DNA from: Pseudomonadota bacterium
GTDB lineage: Bacteria; Pseudomonadota; Alphaproteobacteria; Caulobacterales; Parvularculaceae
Assembly (NCBI GenBank): GCA_039819085.1
Contig: JBCBSQ010000010.1
Location: forward strand, 37,038-101,037
Reading direction: 5' to 3'
DNA length: 64,000 nt
The notes under the pieces were generated by a model, which saw only the letters and a program-made list of their open reading frames with translations, was not told the origin of the DNA and made no database searches. A program made the position numbers and the translations under genes. Of the stretch, positions 29,701-39,600 are shown in pieces (position 1 is the stretch's first letter; the number at the start of each line of letters is the position of its first letter).

Positions 29701-30839
29701 TCCGTGTCCTCTTTGAGGCGCAGGCGCGCCAATGACGCCGCGACGGCTTCCTGTTCCGCATCTGACGTCTCTTCGCCGCTGACGTCTGTGAGAAAGCTTC
29801 GAACAACCTCCGTCGGCTCCGCCGCGGCGAGCATGCTTCCGTCAACGGATTTAATTTCGAGAGGACGCTCGTCGCGTTCATAGACAAGCTCACAGGCGTT
29901 CGGAAACACCTCCCGAAGGCGCTTCATGCCGTCAATGACCGGCGCGTCGTCAGTGAGCGTCGCCTTCACAAAATCAGTCGACGGATCAGACAGCAGAAGG
30001 TCCGCATGCGCCCCACGCAGGACCCGCGCGCGCCTGATCGGCTTGAAGGGCAAGGTTTCAACGGCGGCCTGACCGGCGGCGTCAATCTCGATCAGGCTCA
30101 TCGACTTTTCTGAGTCGGCCTCATCGAAACCGAACGCCAGCGGCGAACCGGAATACCTGATATGGTCGGCCCCTGCGGTCTGCGACCGATGAAGATGTCC
30201 GAGCGCGACATAATGGGCGCCGTCAAAGATTGATGGTCGGACCGTTTCGATCCCGCCCACTCGCGTCAGGGAGCGTTCACTGTCGCTCACCGAACCGCCT
30301 GCGACAAAGGCGTGCGCAACGATGATCCACCGCGCGCCTTCGGGGACGTAGGCGCGGGCCGCTTCGATCTGCGCGATCAAAACGTCTTCCGGCGTTTCGA
30401 TCGCCTCGCTGGCGAAGCATTCGCGCGCGGCGTATTCATAGGCGAAAGGCAACGCCGAAATCGCGACGGCGCCGTGTTCGTCCTTTAGCAGGAGAGGCGG
30501 TTCTTCCGCGCTGATGGCGCCGCGGATCAGCCAGCGGGACCGATCCGCTGTGATGGCTGACAGGTCGATGCGATCGCCGGAGTCATGATTGCCGGCGATC
30601 ATCGCGACCGCCGCCGCCGTCTCCGATTCGATCCTGCGCAAGAAGGCGTTGAATTGCCGAACGGCGCTCTGGGCGGGCGACGGACGGTCAAAGACGTCTC
30701 CGGCGACAATCAGGACGCCGACATTATGCGCCTTGACCGCGTCGATAATCTGCGAGAGCGCCGCCTCGTGATCTTCCTCAAGCGAGATTCCGTTGAATTG
30801 GCGCCCGAGATGCAGATCGGATGTATGCAAGAGCTTCAT
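29697..30839 (-). CDS. sbcD: exonuclease SbcD (Mre11-like phosphoesterase)
   Basis: Track ORF 29697..31151 runs through the tRNA gene. ATG 30839 gives MKLLHTSDLHLGRQF, followed by AGDVFD and GNHD. Confidence 0.93.
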   Translation of the reverse strand: MKLLHTSDLHLGRQFNGISLEEDHEAALSQIIDAVKAHNVGVLIVAGDVFDRPSPAQSAVRQFNAFLRRIESETAAAVAMIAGNHDSGDRIDLSAITADRSRWLIRGAISAEEPPLLLKDEHGAVAISALPFAYEYAARECFASEAIETPEDVLIAQIEAARAYVPEGARWIIVAHAFVAGGSVSDSERSLTRVGGIETVRPSIFDGAHYVALGHLHRSQTAGADHIRYSGSPLAFGFDEADSEKSMSLIEIDAAGQAAVETLPFKPIRRARVLRGAHADLLLSDPSTDFVKATLTDDAPVIDGMKRLREVFPNACELVYERDERPLEIKSVDGSMLAAAEPTEVVRSFLTDVSGEETSDAEQEAVAASLARLRLKEDTE

Positions 30840-31051
30840 GCCGTCTCTCGTACCCTGATTTACGCAACGAAGACCGGGCTTCGCGCGGTCAGCGCGCCCC
30901 ATCGGAGACGCGAGCGCAGCGAGGCGTCGTGAGATGTAACAATGGTCTAGCTGGAGGAGAGTGTTCGCACCGCATGGCCACAAGCCGCGACTGCGGCTCT
31001 GCCGGTCAGCCTGCCTTCGCGGAGCGCCTTTGGCGCGTGAGCGGAAACGAT

Positions 31052-31127
<76 letters not shown>

Positions 31128-31212
31128 GAGACCGGCGCGCAAGGCGAGCATCCGTCGGCCTCGCGCGTTTGGGAAAAAGTGTCCTAACGAGGCGGCCCAT
31201 GCCCCGCAAGGG

Positions 31213-31264
31213 AAAAAGCCCGCGACGCCGTGCGGAACCGTGAGGAAGGGGCGTCATTGCGGGC
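31213..31264 (-). terminator. probable Rho-independent terminator of the FYDLN gene
   Basis: On the minus strand the structure reads GCCCGC-aat-GACGCC ... GGCGTC-GCGGGC followed by TTTTT. The loop is long (20 nt). Confidence 0.5.
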
Positions 31265-31288
31265 GTCGCGCGCCGCGTTTCGGCCTCC

Positions 31289-31696
31289 TCAGGTCTCGTC
31301 GTCGTCGCCGCCGGTGACGATCCCGGACACGTCTTCATTGTCATCGTCATTGTCGAGCAGCGCGTCATCGTCTTCATCGTCATCGTCGATATCGATGTCG
31401 ATGTCGCTCATGCCTTCGATGTCTTCTTCCTCTTCGTCGAGGGCCGCCTTTCGATTGGAGGTCGCTTCGGCGTTTTCTTCATCGGCCGCCTCGAGCGAAG
31501 TCTCGGTCGTCGGCTTTTCCGTCTTCTCTTCTTCCTGCGGCGTGTCGTCAGGACGCGGCTTGCGCGGCTTCAGCAACGGTTCCGGCACGAATTCATGGCC
31601 GCATTTCGGGCACTCCGCCGGCTCCTTGTTGAGGTCATAGAAGCGCGCGCCGCAATTCGGGCAGTCGCGTTTGACGCCAAGTTCCTGTTTGCTCAC
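31289..31696 (-). CDS. FYDLN_acid (TIGR02300-type) zinc-ribbon protein with acidic tail
   Basis: Track ORF 31289..32137 is over-extended. The GTG at 31696 gives (M)SKQELGVKRDCPNCGARFYDLNKEPAECPKCGHEF, the family-typical N-terminus. The C-terminus is D/E-rich. Confidence 0.75.
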   Translation of the reverse strand: MSKQELGVKRDCPNCGARFYDLNKEPAECPKCGHEFVPEPLLKPRKPRPDDTPQEEEKTEKPTTETSLEAADEENAEATSNRKAALDEEEEDIEGMSDIDIDIDDDDEDDDALLDNDDDNEDVSGIVTGGDDDET

Positions 31697-31806
31697 GGGA
31701 GGGTCTTTCTCGCTGGGCGCGCGGGTCAAAAGCGCGCGAAAAAGCGGTCTGTTGCCACGTGGACGCGGCGCTGTCAAAACTCGACGCCCAATTCGCGAGG
31801 GACGGC

Positions 31807-33213
31807 ATGAACGAGCCGCAAGACGCCAGCCAGCGCAACGCAGAAATCGCCGACAGCGCCGCGCCGCCGCTTCTCGGGCGATGGCGATCGCGTCGCGGCG
31901 GCGCCTTGCGCGGGGTTGCGCGCGCGCCAGGCGACAAGTCCATCTCACACCGCGCGTTGATACTTGGCGCGCTTGCTGAGGGCGAGACCGACATTGTCGG
32001 CCTCCTGCAATCGGATGATGTGTTGCGGACCGCCGCGGCGATGCGCGCGCTCGGCGCCCGCATAGAACGAGACGGGCGCGGCGAGGACGCGCGCTGGCGC
32101 GTTTCAGGCGCCGCGTGGCGCGCGCCCGGCCAGCCATTGTACTTCGGCAATTCCGGCACCGGCTGCCGCCTTGTGATGGGGGCGGTCGCTGGTCAGGGCG
32201 TGACGGCGGCGTTTGACGGGGACGCCTCCTTGCGCGCGCGGCCGATGCGCCGCATCGCCGACCCGCTGGAGCTGATGGGCGCGCGCATCGAAATGGAAGA
32301 CGGACGCCTGCCGTTGACGGTCAGCGTGAGCGACGCCGGGTTGACGGGCGTCGCATACGAACTGCCGGTCGCCTCCGCGCAAGTGAAGTCGGCCGCCCTT
32401 CTCGCAGGGCTCGGCGCGTCCGGAGAAACGGTCATTCAAGAGTCGACGCTGACCCGCGACCATACCGAACGCATGCTGACGGCCTTCGGGATTGCGCTCG
32501 ACATCGAAACCGCCGGGACAGGTCGGCGCATCCGCCTCGCTGGCGGTCAGACGCTGAGCCCCGCGTCCATCAATGTCGCGGGCGATCCCTCCTCGGCCGC
32601 ATTTCCGATCGTCGCCGCGCTCATTACGCCGGACTCGGACGTCTGCATCCGGAACGTCCTGATGAACCCGGCGCGGATCGGTCTTTATCAGACCTTGCGT
32701 GAAATGGGCGCGGACCTTGAGGTTGAAGACGAGCGAACCGTCAGCGGCGAACCGGTGGCTGACATGCGCGCGCGGCATTCGGCGTTGAAGGGCGTTGCGG
32801 TGCCGGCCTCGCGCGCGCCGTCCATGATCGATGAATACCCGATCCTCGCGGTCGCCGCCGCGTTCGCTGACGGCGACGTCTATATGCCTGGTATTGAGGA
32901 ATTGCGCGTGAAAGAGACGGACCGCATCGACGCCGTCGTCGCCATGCTGAAGGCCGCGGGCGTAGAGACCGAGGCGGGGCCGGATTTCCTCCGGGTGATG
33001 AGCGCCACATCAGGGAGCAAGGGCGGAGCGCCGAAAGGCGGCGCGCGCGTCGAGACGCGCCACGATCATCGCATCGCAATGTCGGCGCTCGTTCTGGGGC
33101 TCGGCGCGGATGAGCCTGTCGAAATCGATGACGCGTCGATGATCGCGACGAGCTTCCCGGACTTTGCAGTCCTCATGCGAAGTCTCGGCGCTGATCTTGC
33201 GCCGTCAGCTTAA
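31807..33213 (+). CDS. aroA: 3-phosphoshikimate 1-carboxyvinyltransferase
   Basis: Track ORF is 31759..33213 and ATG 31807 is preferred. Motifs: PGDKSISHRALILGALAEGET, FGNSGTGCRL, VKETDRI. Confidence 0.93.
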   Translation: MNEPQDASQRNAEIADSAAPPLLGRWRSRRGGALRGVARAPGDKSISHRALILGALAEGETDIVGLLQSDDVLRTAAAMRALGARIERDGRGEDARWRVSGAAWRAPGQPLYFGNSGTGCRLVMGAVAGQGVTAAFDGDASLRARPMRRIADPLELMGARIEMEDGRLPLTVSVSDAGLTGVAYELPVASAQVKSAALLAGLGASGETVIQESTLTRDHTERMLTAFGIALDIETAGTGRRIRLAGGQTLSPASINVAGDPSSAAFPIVAALITPDSDVCIRNVLMNPARIGLYQTLREMGADLEVEDERTVSGEPVADMRARHSALKGVAVPASRAPSMIDEYPILAVAAAFADGDVYMPGIEELRVKETDRIDAVVAMLKAAGVETEAGPDFLRVMSATSGSKGGAPKGGARVETRHDHRIAMSALVLGLGADEPVEIDDASMIATSFPDFAVLMRSLGADLAPSA

Positions 33214-34134
33214 GTGGGTTTCGAACCAGGCGAGCGTGCGCTCCCAGGAGAGCTTGGCGGCGGCCTCGTCATAACGGGGCGTTGTGTCATTGTGGAAGCC
33301 ATGATTCGTGTCAGGATAATAATAGGCTTCGAACGTGACGCCGGCCTTCCTTAAGGCCTCGCGATAGGCGGGCCAGCCGGAATTCACCCGCTCGTCATTC
33401 TCCGCATAATGAAGAAGAAGCGCCGCGCCGATCGCGCTTGCGTCTTTCGGGTCGGCCTGCCGGCCGTAATAGGGAACCGAGCAGGCCATGTCAGGGTAGG
33501 CGACTGCGAGCGCATTGCAGACGCCGCCGCCATAGCAGAACCCGACTGCGCCGATCCTGTCCGTCGTTTCTTCAAGCGATCCCAGATGTTCAAATCCGGC
33601 GAAGAAGTCGTTCATGAGCTTCTCGCCGTCCATCGACCTCTGCATGGCGCGGCCGTCATCGTCATTGCCCGGATAGCCGCCAATCGGCGAAAGGCCGTCC
33701 GGGGCGAGGGCGACGTACCCCGCCTTGGCGACGCGGCGCGCCACATCCTCTATGTACGGGTTCAGGCCGCGATTTTCGTGGACGACGAGGACGCCGCCTT
33801 GAGGAGTGGTCATGTCGGCGGGGCGCGCGAGAAGCCCCTCTATTTCGCCGTGGCCTTCGGGCGAGTCATATTTGATTCGATCAGTGACGATATCCGGATC
33901 GTCCGGCGCCACCTGCCGCGCCAAAGCGTAGTTCGGTTGCAACGCCGCCAGGACGCCCGCCGCCGCGCCCGCCCCCACGAGCGCGCCGGCCCGATCAAGG
34001 AAGTCCCGCTTGGTCAGGCGCCCATGGACGTACCCGTCATAGATCTCGAGGAGTTTCGGATCGAAGTCCGCAGCGGTTTTGCGGCGCGTCCCCTGCCGGC
34101 CGTTTGTCGCGGCGGCGGATGATCGTTCAGTCAT
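33205..34134 (-). CDS. dienelactone hydrolase family protein (Tat-type leader)
   Basis: 309 aa with SD AAAGGAG. The leader (TKRDFLDRAGALVGAGAAAGVLAA) is Tat-like. The nucleophile context is GAVGFCYGG. HENRGLN and NHGFHND are also present. Confidence 0.85.
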   Translation of the reverse strand: MTERSSAAATNGRQGTRRKTAADFDPKLLEIYDGYVHGRLTKRDFLDRAGALVGAGAAAGVLAALQPNYALARQVAPDDPDIVTDRIKYDSPEGHGEIEGLLARPADMTTPQGGVLVVHENRGLNPYIEDVARRVAKAGYVALAPDGLSPIGGYPGNDDDGRAMQRSMDGEKLMNDFFAGFEHLGSLEETTDRIGAVGFCYGGGVCNALAVAYPDMACSVPYYGRQADPKDASAIGAALLLHYAENDERVNSGWPAYREALRKAGVTFEAYYYPDTNHGFHNDTTPRYDEAAAKLSWERTLAWFETHLS

Positions 34135-34175
34135 CGGCGGCTCCTTTCTGGCGCGCGTCGTGATGTGATTGACGA

Positions 34176-35744
34176 CTACTTTCCAACCGCGTCCTTCACG
34201 AAGTCGCGCAGGTCTTTGGCGTATTTTTCAAGCGAGGCTGGGTGAACATACATCATGTGGCCGGCTTCGTAATACTCGGTTGTGATCCGCGCGCGCTCCT
34301 CTGCTGTGAGGTCCATGTGGTCCACAAAATAGTCCGTCGCGCCATAAGGAGTCGCCAGGTCGTAATACCCCTGCTGAATCAACACCTTCATTGTCGGGTT
34401 CTGTTTCATGGCGTGTTCAAAGTCGACCCCGGTGTTCGGCGCGGTCTGCGACCAGCCGGCGCCGCCGGGCGCGGCGTGCGACCAGTCCCATTTCCCGAAC
34501 ACGCCGCCGGAGATCTTGTACTTCTTGTCCGCGCCGAATTTCAGCGTACCCGTCATATAGTCGAGGAACGCCGCGGTGTAGGCCGCCCGCACTGTTGAGA
34601 AGTAGGGGTCATAGTCCATGCTCTCCGCTAGCGGACGAACATGGGCGCCGATGAAGCGCGAATCGATCCGGCCGACGGTCTTGCCGGTCTTGCGCATCAG
34701 CTCCTTCAGGAACTGCTGATGGTTCACCCGCAGGTTCGCCATCAGCCAGTATTCCTTGTCGAGGCCCGTGTAGCCGGCGAGCTGCTCGGCGATCGCGTCG
34801 CGTTCGGCGTCCGGCAGGCGGTTGCCCCGACGCAGCGCGAGGAGATACGGGCCGGCGGCGAACTCGTCGACTTCCGCAAGGAACGGGCGCAATTCCTCAG
34901 GGCGCGCATCAAGCGCTTCGTGATACCACGCGGTCGCCGCGAAGGTCGAAAGGAACAGCGTGTGGGCGAGATCCATCGCTTCGCCGTCGGCCCCTGCCGT
35001 GTAGTCCATGAAGGGCGAGACGAGGACGACGCCGGCGAGGTCCATGTTATGCCGCGTCAGGAGCCTATAGGTCGTCACGCCCGCGCGCATGCCGCCATAG
35101 CTCTCGCCCAGCATGAATTTTGGGGACAGCCAGCGGCCGTTCTCGGTCGTGAAGCGGGCCATGAATTCGGCCGCCGCGTCGCCGTCCTGGTCGACGCCCC
35201 AATAGTCCTCGCCCTTCGTCTCGCCGAGAAGCTCCGTATACCCGGTGCCGACCGGATCCATCATGACGAGGTCGGCGACGTCGAGGACGGAGTGCTCATT
35301 GTTCACGTGGGCGTAGGGCGCGGGGCCGGTGTGCGCGCCGTCGGCGAGCGCGACCCGGCGCGGTCCGAGAACGCCCATATGCAGCCACATGGAGGCTGAG
35401 CCCGGGCCGCCATTATAGGCGAAGACGATGGGCCGCTTTGCGACGTCGTCAACGTCCGTACGGCGATAATACGTGTAGCCGAAGGTCGCTTTCGCCTCGC
35501 CCTTGTCGTCCAGCATGGGCATGAGGCCGACCGTCGCTTCGTAGGGTATCGCCGCGCCGCCGATCGATACTGAACCGGTGGTGACGGATTTCTCGTGCTC
35601 GGGCGCTTCTTTCTTCTCTTCGCTTTCCTGCGCCTCGCCGTTTTCAGTCTCCGCGAAGGCGGCGGCGGGGCCGGCGGGCGCGAGGAGGGCGGCGGCGGCG
35701 ATGAGAGCGAGCGTCCCGCGGCGAGAGGTCGGACGGCGGATCAT
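34176..35744 (-). CDS. S10-family serine carboxypeptidase-like protein, secreted
   Basis: Track ORF is 34176..36044. ATG 35744 gives [31 protein letters not shown]. The nucleophile motif is LGESYGGMRA. NGGPGSAS is also present. Confidence 0.8.
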   Translation of the reverse strand: MIRRPTSRRGTLALIAAAALLAPAGPAAAFAETENGEAQESEEKKEAPEHEKSVTTGSVSIGGAAIPYEATVGLMPMLDDKGEAKATFGYTYYRRTDVDDVAKRPIVFAYNGGPGSASMWLHMGVLGPRRVALADGAHTGPAPYAHVNNEHSVLDVADLVMMDPVGTGYTELLGETKGEDYWGVDQDGDAAAEFMARFTTENGRWLSPKFMLGESYGGMRAGVTTYRLLTRHNMDLAGVVLVSPFMDYTAGADGEAMDLAHTLFLSTFAATAWYHEALDARPEELRPFLAEVDEFAAGPYLLALRRGNRLPDAERDAIAEQLAGYTGLDKEYWLMANLRVNHQQFLKELMRKTGKTVGRIDSRFIGAHVRPLAESMDYDPYFSTVRAAYTAAFLDYMTGTLKFGADKKYKISGGVFGKWDWSHAAPGGAGWSQTAPNTGVDFEHAMKQNPTMKVLIQQGYYDLATPYGATDYFVDHMDLTAEERARITTEYYEAGHMMYVHPASLEKYAKDLRDFVKDAVGK

Positions 35745-35924
35745 GTGGCGGTTTCCCTTATTCGGCGAACTCGTCCCGGCGCAGCTCGCGCAAGGCCCGT
35801 TGGCGATGCGGGCAAGCGGAGCGTCGCCGGGCCTTAGGGTCAAGCGCGACATGTAGCGGTCGCCTTTGACGCGGCGGTTTGCCGCCGCTTGGCCCATCCG
35901 TCGGGGCCTTGTATGCGTTGCGGT

Positions 35925-36608
35925 ATGCCGACTGCTCCTTCCTCCGAACCAACAAAGCCGAAAGTCATCGCCCTTGACGGCCCCGCGGCGAGCGGCAAGG
36001 GCACCCTCGCGCGGCGTCTCGCCGCGCATTACGGCTTTGCCCATCTCGACACAGGCGTTCTTTATCGCGGCGTCGCCTGGATGATGATGAATGACGGCTG
36101 GGACACAGGCGACGCAGACGCCGCGGGCCGTTATGCGCGCGCCTTCAGCCTGGATCAGATCGAGGGCGCGCCGATCCGCTCGCGCGAAGTGGGGGCGGGC
36201 GCCTCAAAGGTGGCGGCGGTGCCGGCGGTGCGCGCGGCGCTGCTTCAGTTTCAGCGCAGGTTCGCGTCGAACCCGCCGGGCGGCGCGGCTGGCGCGATCC
36301 TTGACGGACGGGACATCGGCACGGTCGTCTGCCCCGACGCCTGCGTGAAGTTCTTCATCACTGCGAGCCCCGAGGCGCGGGCGAAGCGCCGCTGGCTGGA
36401 GCTGCGCGAGGAAAAGCCGGACCTCACCGAAGCGGCGATCCTTGAGGACATCAGGGAGCGCGACGCCCGCGACGCGGCCCGCAAGGACGCGCCCATGAAG
36501 CCGTCGGAAGACGCGGAAATCATCAACACCACCGACCTAACCGAAGAGGCCGTGTCCGCGGCCGCGCAGGCGATTATCGACGACGCGTTCGCCCGGAAAT
36601 CCGACTAG
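35925..36608 (+). CDS. cmk: cytidylate kinase
   Basis: Track ORF starts at TTG 35889 and ATG 35925 is preferred. The P-loop is VIALDGPAASGKGT. DTGVLYR and ILDGRDIGTVV are also present. Confidence 0.92.
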   Translation: MPTAPSSEPTKPKVIALDGPAASGKGTLARRLAAHYGFAHLDTGVLYRGVAWMMMNDGWDTGDADAAGRYARAFSLDQIEGAPIRSREVGAGASKVAAVPAVRAALLQFQRRFASNPPGGAAGAILDGRDIGTVVCPDACVKFFITASPEARAKRRWLELREEKPDLTEAAILEDIRERDARDAARKDAPMKPSEDAEIINTTDLTEEAVSAAAQAIIDDAFARKSD

Positions 36609-36673
36609 TCATCGCCTAGCGCGCGGGCGTCCTCGGCGGTACACTCCTCAGTGGGATCAAGTCGGGGGAAGAG

Positions 36674-39600
36674 ATGGGGCGAGATCTACCGGAGATTCTG
36701 GGCGTCGCCGTGGCGGCGGCGTTCCTTGCGGCGCTTGTTTTCGGCGCGGGGGTCGAGACGCCGCAATTTTCCGCGCGGCCTGACGCGCCGAAAAATGACG
36801 GCTGGGGTGGCAAGTCGCTGATGTTCGCGCCGGCGCGGCCGGACCCCATGGGCTTTGAGCGCGGGATCGCGCCGAGCCGCGGCCAGGCCTGGACGGATGC
36901 GGCCGCAGCGTATTTCGGCGACGACGTCGACGGGCCATTGGTGCGCGCCGCGGCGGAGGGCGAAGCGGCCCCCACTGGCGACGTCGACCGCAAGCCGCGC
37001 CTCCGGATTGACACCGACATGCACGGCGCTGCGATTCTGTCGCTGGACGTCGACGCTGCGGGCCGCTTTGCGGTGACGGGTAGCTACGACAAGACGGCGC
37101 GGGTCTGGGCCATTCCACAGAAGGAAGGCGAGCCGTTCCGCCTGTTGAACGTCCTGCGGCCGCCCATCGGCGATGGAAATGAAGGCCGGATCGACGCGGT
37201 CGCCATCTCGCCGGACGGGTCCCTCATCGCCATGGGCGGCTGGACGGGTAAAACCGGTCATCCAAAACAAGTCTATCTTTTTGATCGCGTTAGCGGACGA
37301 ATGGTGGGGCGCCTTGGCGGTTTGCCGCAGGTCATTGATTCGCTGGCCTTTGCGCCGGACGGCGGCACGCTGGTCGCTGGTCTCGCCGACTCTTTCGGCG
37401 TGCGCGCCTGGCGGCGCGACGATGCGGGTGGCTGGCGCCGTTCGTCGGTCGAAGGGCAAATGGACTTTGGCGGGGATGTCTACGCGCTGGATTTCGCCGA
37501 CCGCGGCGACGGCGACTGGCGTTTGGCGGTCGGGTCCTACGACGGCGATGTGCGCCTTTATGATTCTAATTTGGAACTGATCGCGCGTGCGCCTGGAATC
37601 GAGTCCGGCGACAGGATCTACCGCGTGCGGTTTGACCCGTCCGGCGGTCGCCTCGCCGTTACCGCCACAAACCGGCCGGCGATCGCGGTGCTGTCTGGCG
37701 AAGATCTCAGTCCGCTTTACCGTCCGTCGGTGGAGCGCGTTTCTTCGTTTGACAACCTGACGAAAGTCGCCTGGTCAAATGATGGGCGGCAGTTGTTTGC
37801 CGCCGGCAACGCGTCAGCATTCTTCAACGGGTCGGACGACGATGAGCTTTACGTTCGTGTATACGAAGACGGCGGTCGCGAGGTGGTCGGTGATTTCCCT
37901 ATATCGCAGGACACTGTACAGGGGCTCTCCGCCTTCGAAGCGAACCGCGTTTTGGTCGCGTCCGCAGACCCGCAGCTTGCAATTCTTAGGCCGCCAGGTG
38001 AAGTCGTGGCGCGCGCCGGCGCGGCGAAAATCGACGTGCGCGGGACGGCCGGAAAACGAGAGAATAATGAACGCGACCTGCGCCTGTCGCCAGATGGGCT
38101 CGTTGTCAGCCTGCCATTTTATACCGAACGCGCGCCGACTTGGCGTTTCGATCTGACATTGCGATCAGTAGAGGCGTTCGATGGCGATGACGCCGCATTG
38201 GCGCCGCCGGCGTTAGTCGATGACATCACCCAGGTGGAGAATTGGCTTCCGACTGCAGCCGCCTCGGCCACGGTGAATAGCGCGGGAATCGAACTGGCGC
38301 CGTTCGAAGAGACCTACGCTCTCGCCCATGCGCCGATGGACGAGACATTTTTATTGGGGACGAATTTCAATCTACGCCGCGTCGGGCCCGATGGCGAGAC
38401 GATCTGGGTCGAGCCGGCGCATGGGGTTGCCTGGCAAGTGAACGTCACGCCGGACGGCCGCTTCGCCGTGGCGGCGTTCGGCGACGGCACGGTGCGCTGG
38501 TATGATTATGAGACGGGCGAGGAGCGCTTGGCGCTTTACGTCGTCAATGAACCGGAGGCGGAAAACCCGCGCTGGGTCGCCTGGACGCCGTCGGGATATT
38601 ACGACGCCGCTCCGGGGGCGGAGGATCTCATCGGCTGGCATGTCAATCAGGCCAAGGATAAAGAGAGCCTGTTCTACCCCGCCAGCCGTTTCCGGGAACT
38701 GTTTTACCGGCCCGATATCGTCGAAATGGCGCTTGATGATCGCGCTCCATGCATTTCCTGGGTCCCGCTAAGCTGTGACCGGCAACCGGCCTGGGCGAAA
38801 AACCGCTTCGGCGTCACGCCGCCGCAGGTGTATCCGCGGCCCAGCCTGGCGGAGCTGCAAGCGCTCTTCCCGCCGATTGTGACGGTCTACGGTCAGGAGA
38901 CGCTCCCAAATGGCGACGTCGTTGTGGAGTACGAGGTCGACAATCCGTTTGACGCGCCGGTGGAGCTCGACGTCTTTGTGGATGGTGAGAAACGATCCGC
39001 CTCAGGCGCCCGCAACGTGGCCGGATCAGGACGTCAGCGGACCACCATCGCCCGCGGCGCCTGCGCAAGCGACGGCATCATCCTCATTGCCCGGAGCAAT
39101 GGCCGCGCCTCGCCGGAAGCGCGCGCCCCGCGCGGCGCGGCGGCCATTGACGGCCAATCGTTTGCGGATCTTTGCGCCGCGGACGCCGCAGCGAAACCGT
39201 TCCTGAACGCGCTTCTTGTCGGCGTCAGCGATTACGAAAACGATGACCTTGATCTATCGTTCGCTGACAATGACGCGCGCGATTTCGGGGCAATCCTCTC
39301 TGCGCAAACGTCCCGCGCGTTCGCCGGCGGCGAAGTCCGCGTCCTCACCGCCAGCGGCGAAGAGCCCGGCGCGGCGAAAGCGACGCGTGCGAACATTCTC
39401 GCTGCGTTCGATGATTTCGTAGCCACGTCAAAATCGAAACAGCATGTTGTGAACGTCGTCTTCTTTGCCGGGCACGGCGTGCGAGAAGACCTAAAGGGGT
39501 ACTATCTCCTGCCGTCCGACGCGAAGCTCAACGATCTCTATAGTTCGGCGATCAGTGTCGATGATCTCACCAAGGCGGTGAGAAACGCGGATGGACTGAA

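Noticed and set aside
28456-29883. 475-aa ORF on the plus strand
   Set aside because: It is antisense to sbcC. It shows no recognisable domain and has low-complexity, Arg-rich composition.
31697-32137. N-terminal extension of the FYDLN zinc-ribbon gene
   Set aside because: It would overlap the aroA start in antisense. Family members begin just before the CPxCG ribbon, which matches the GTG at 31696.
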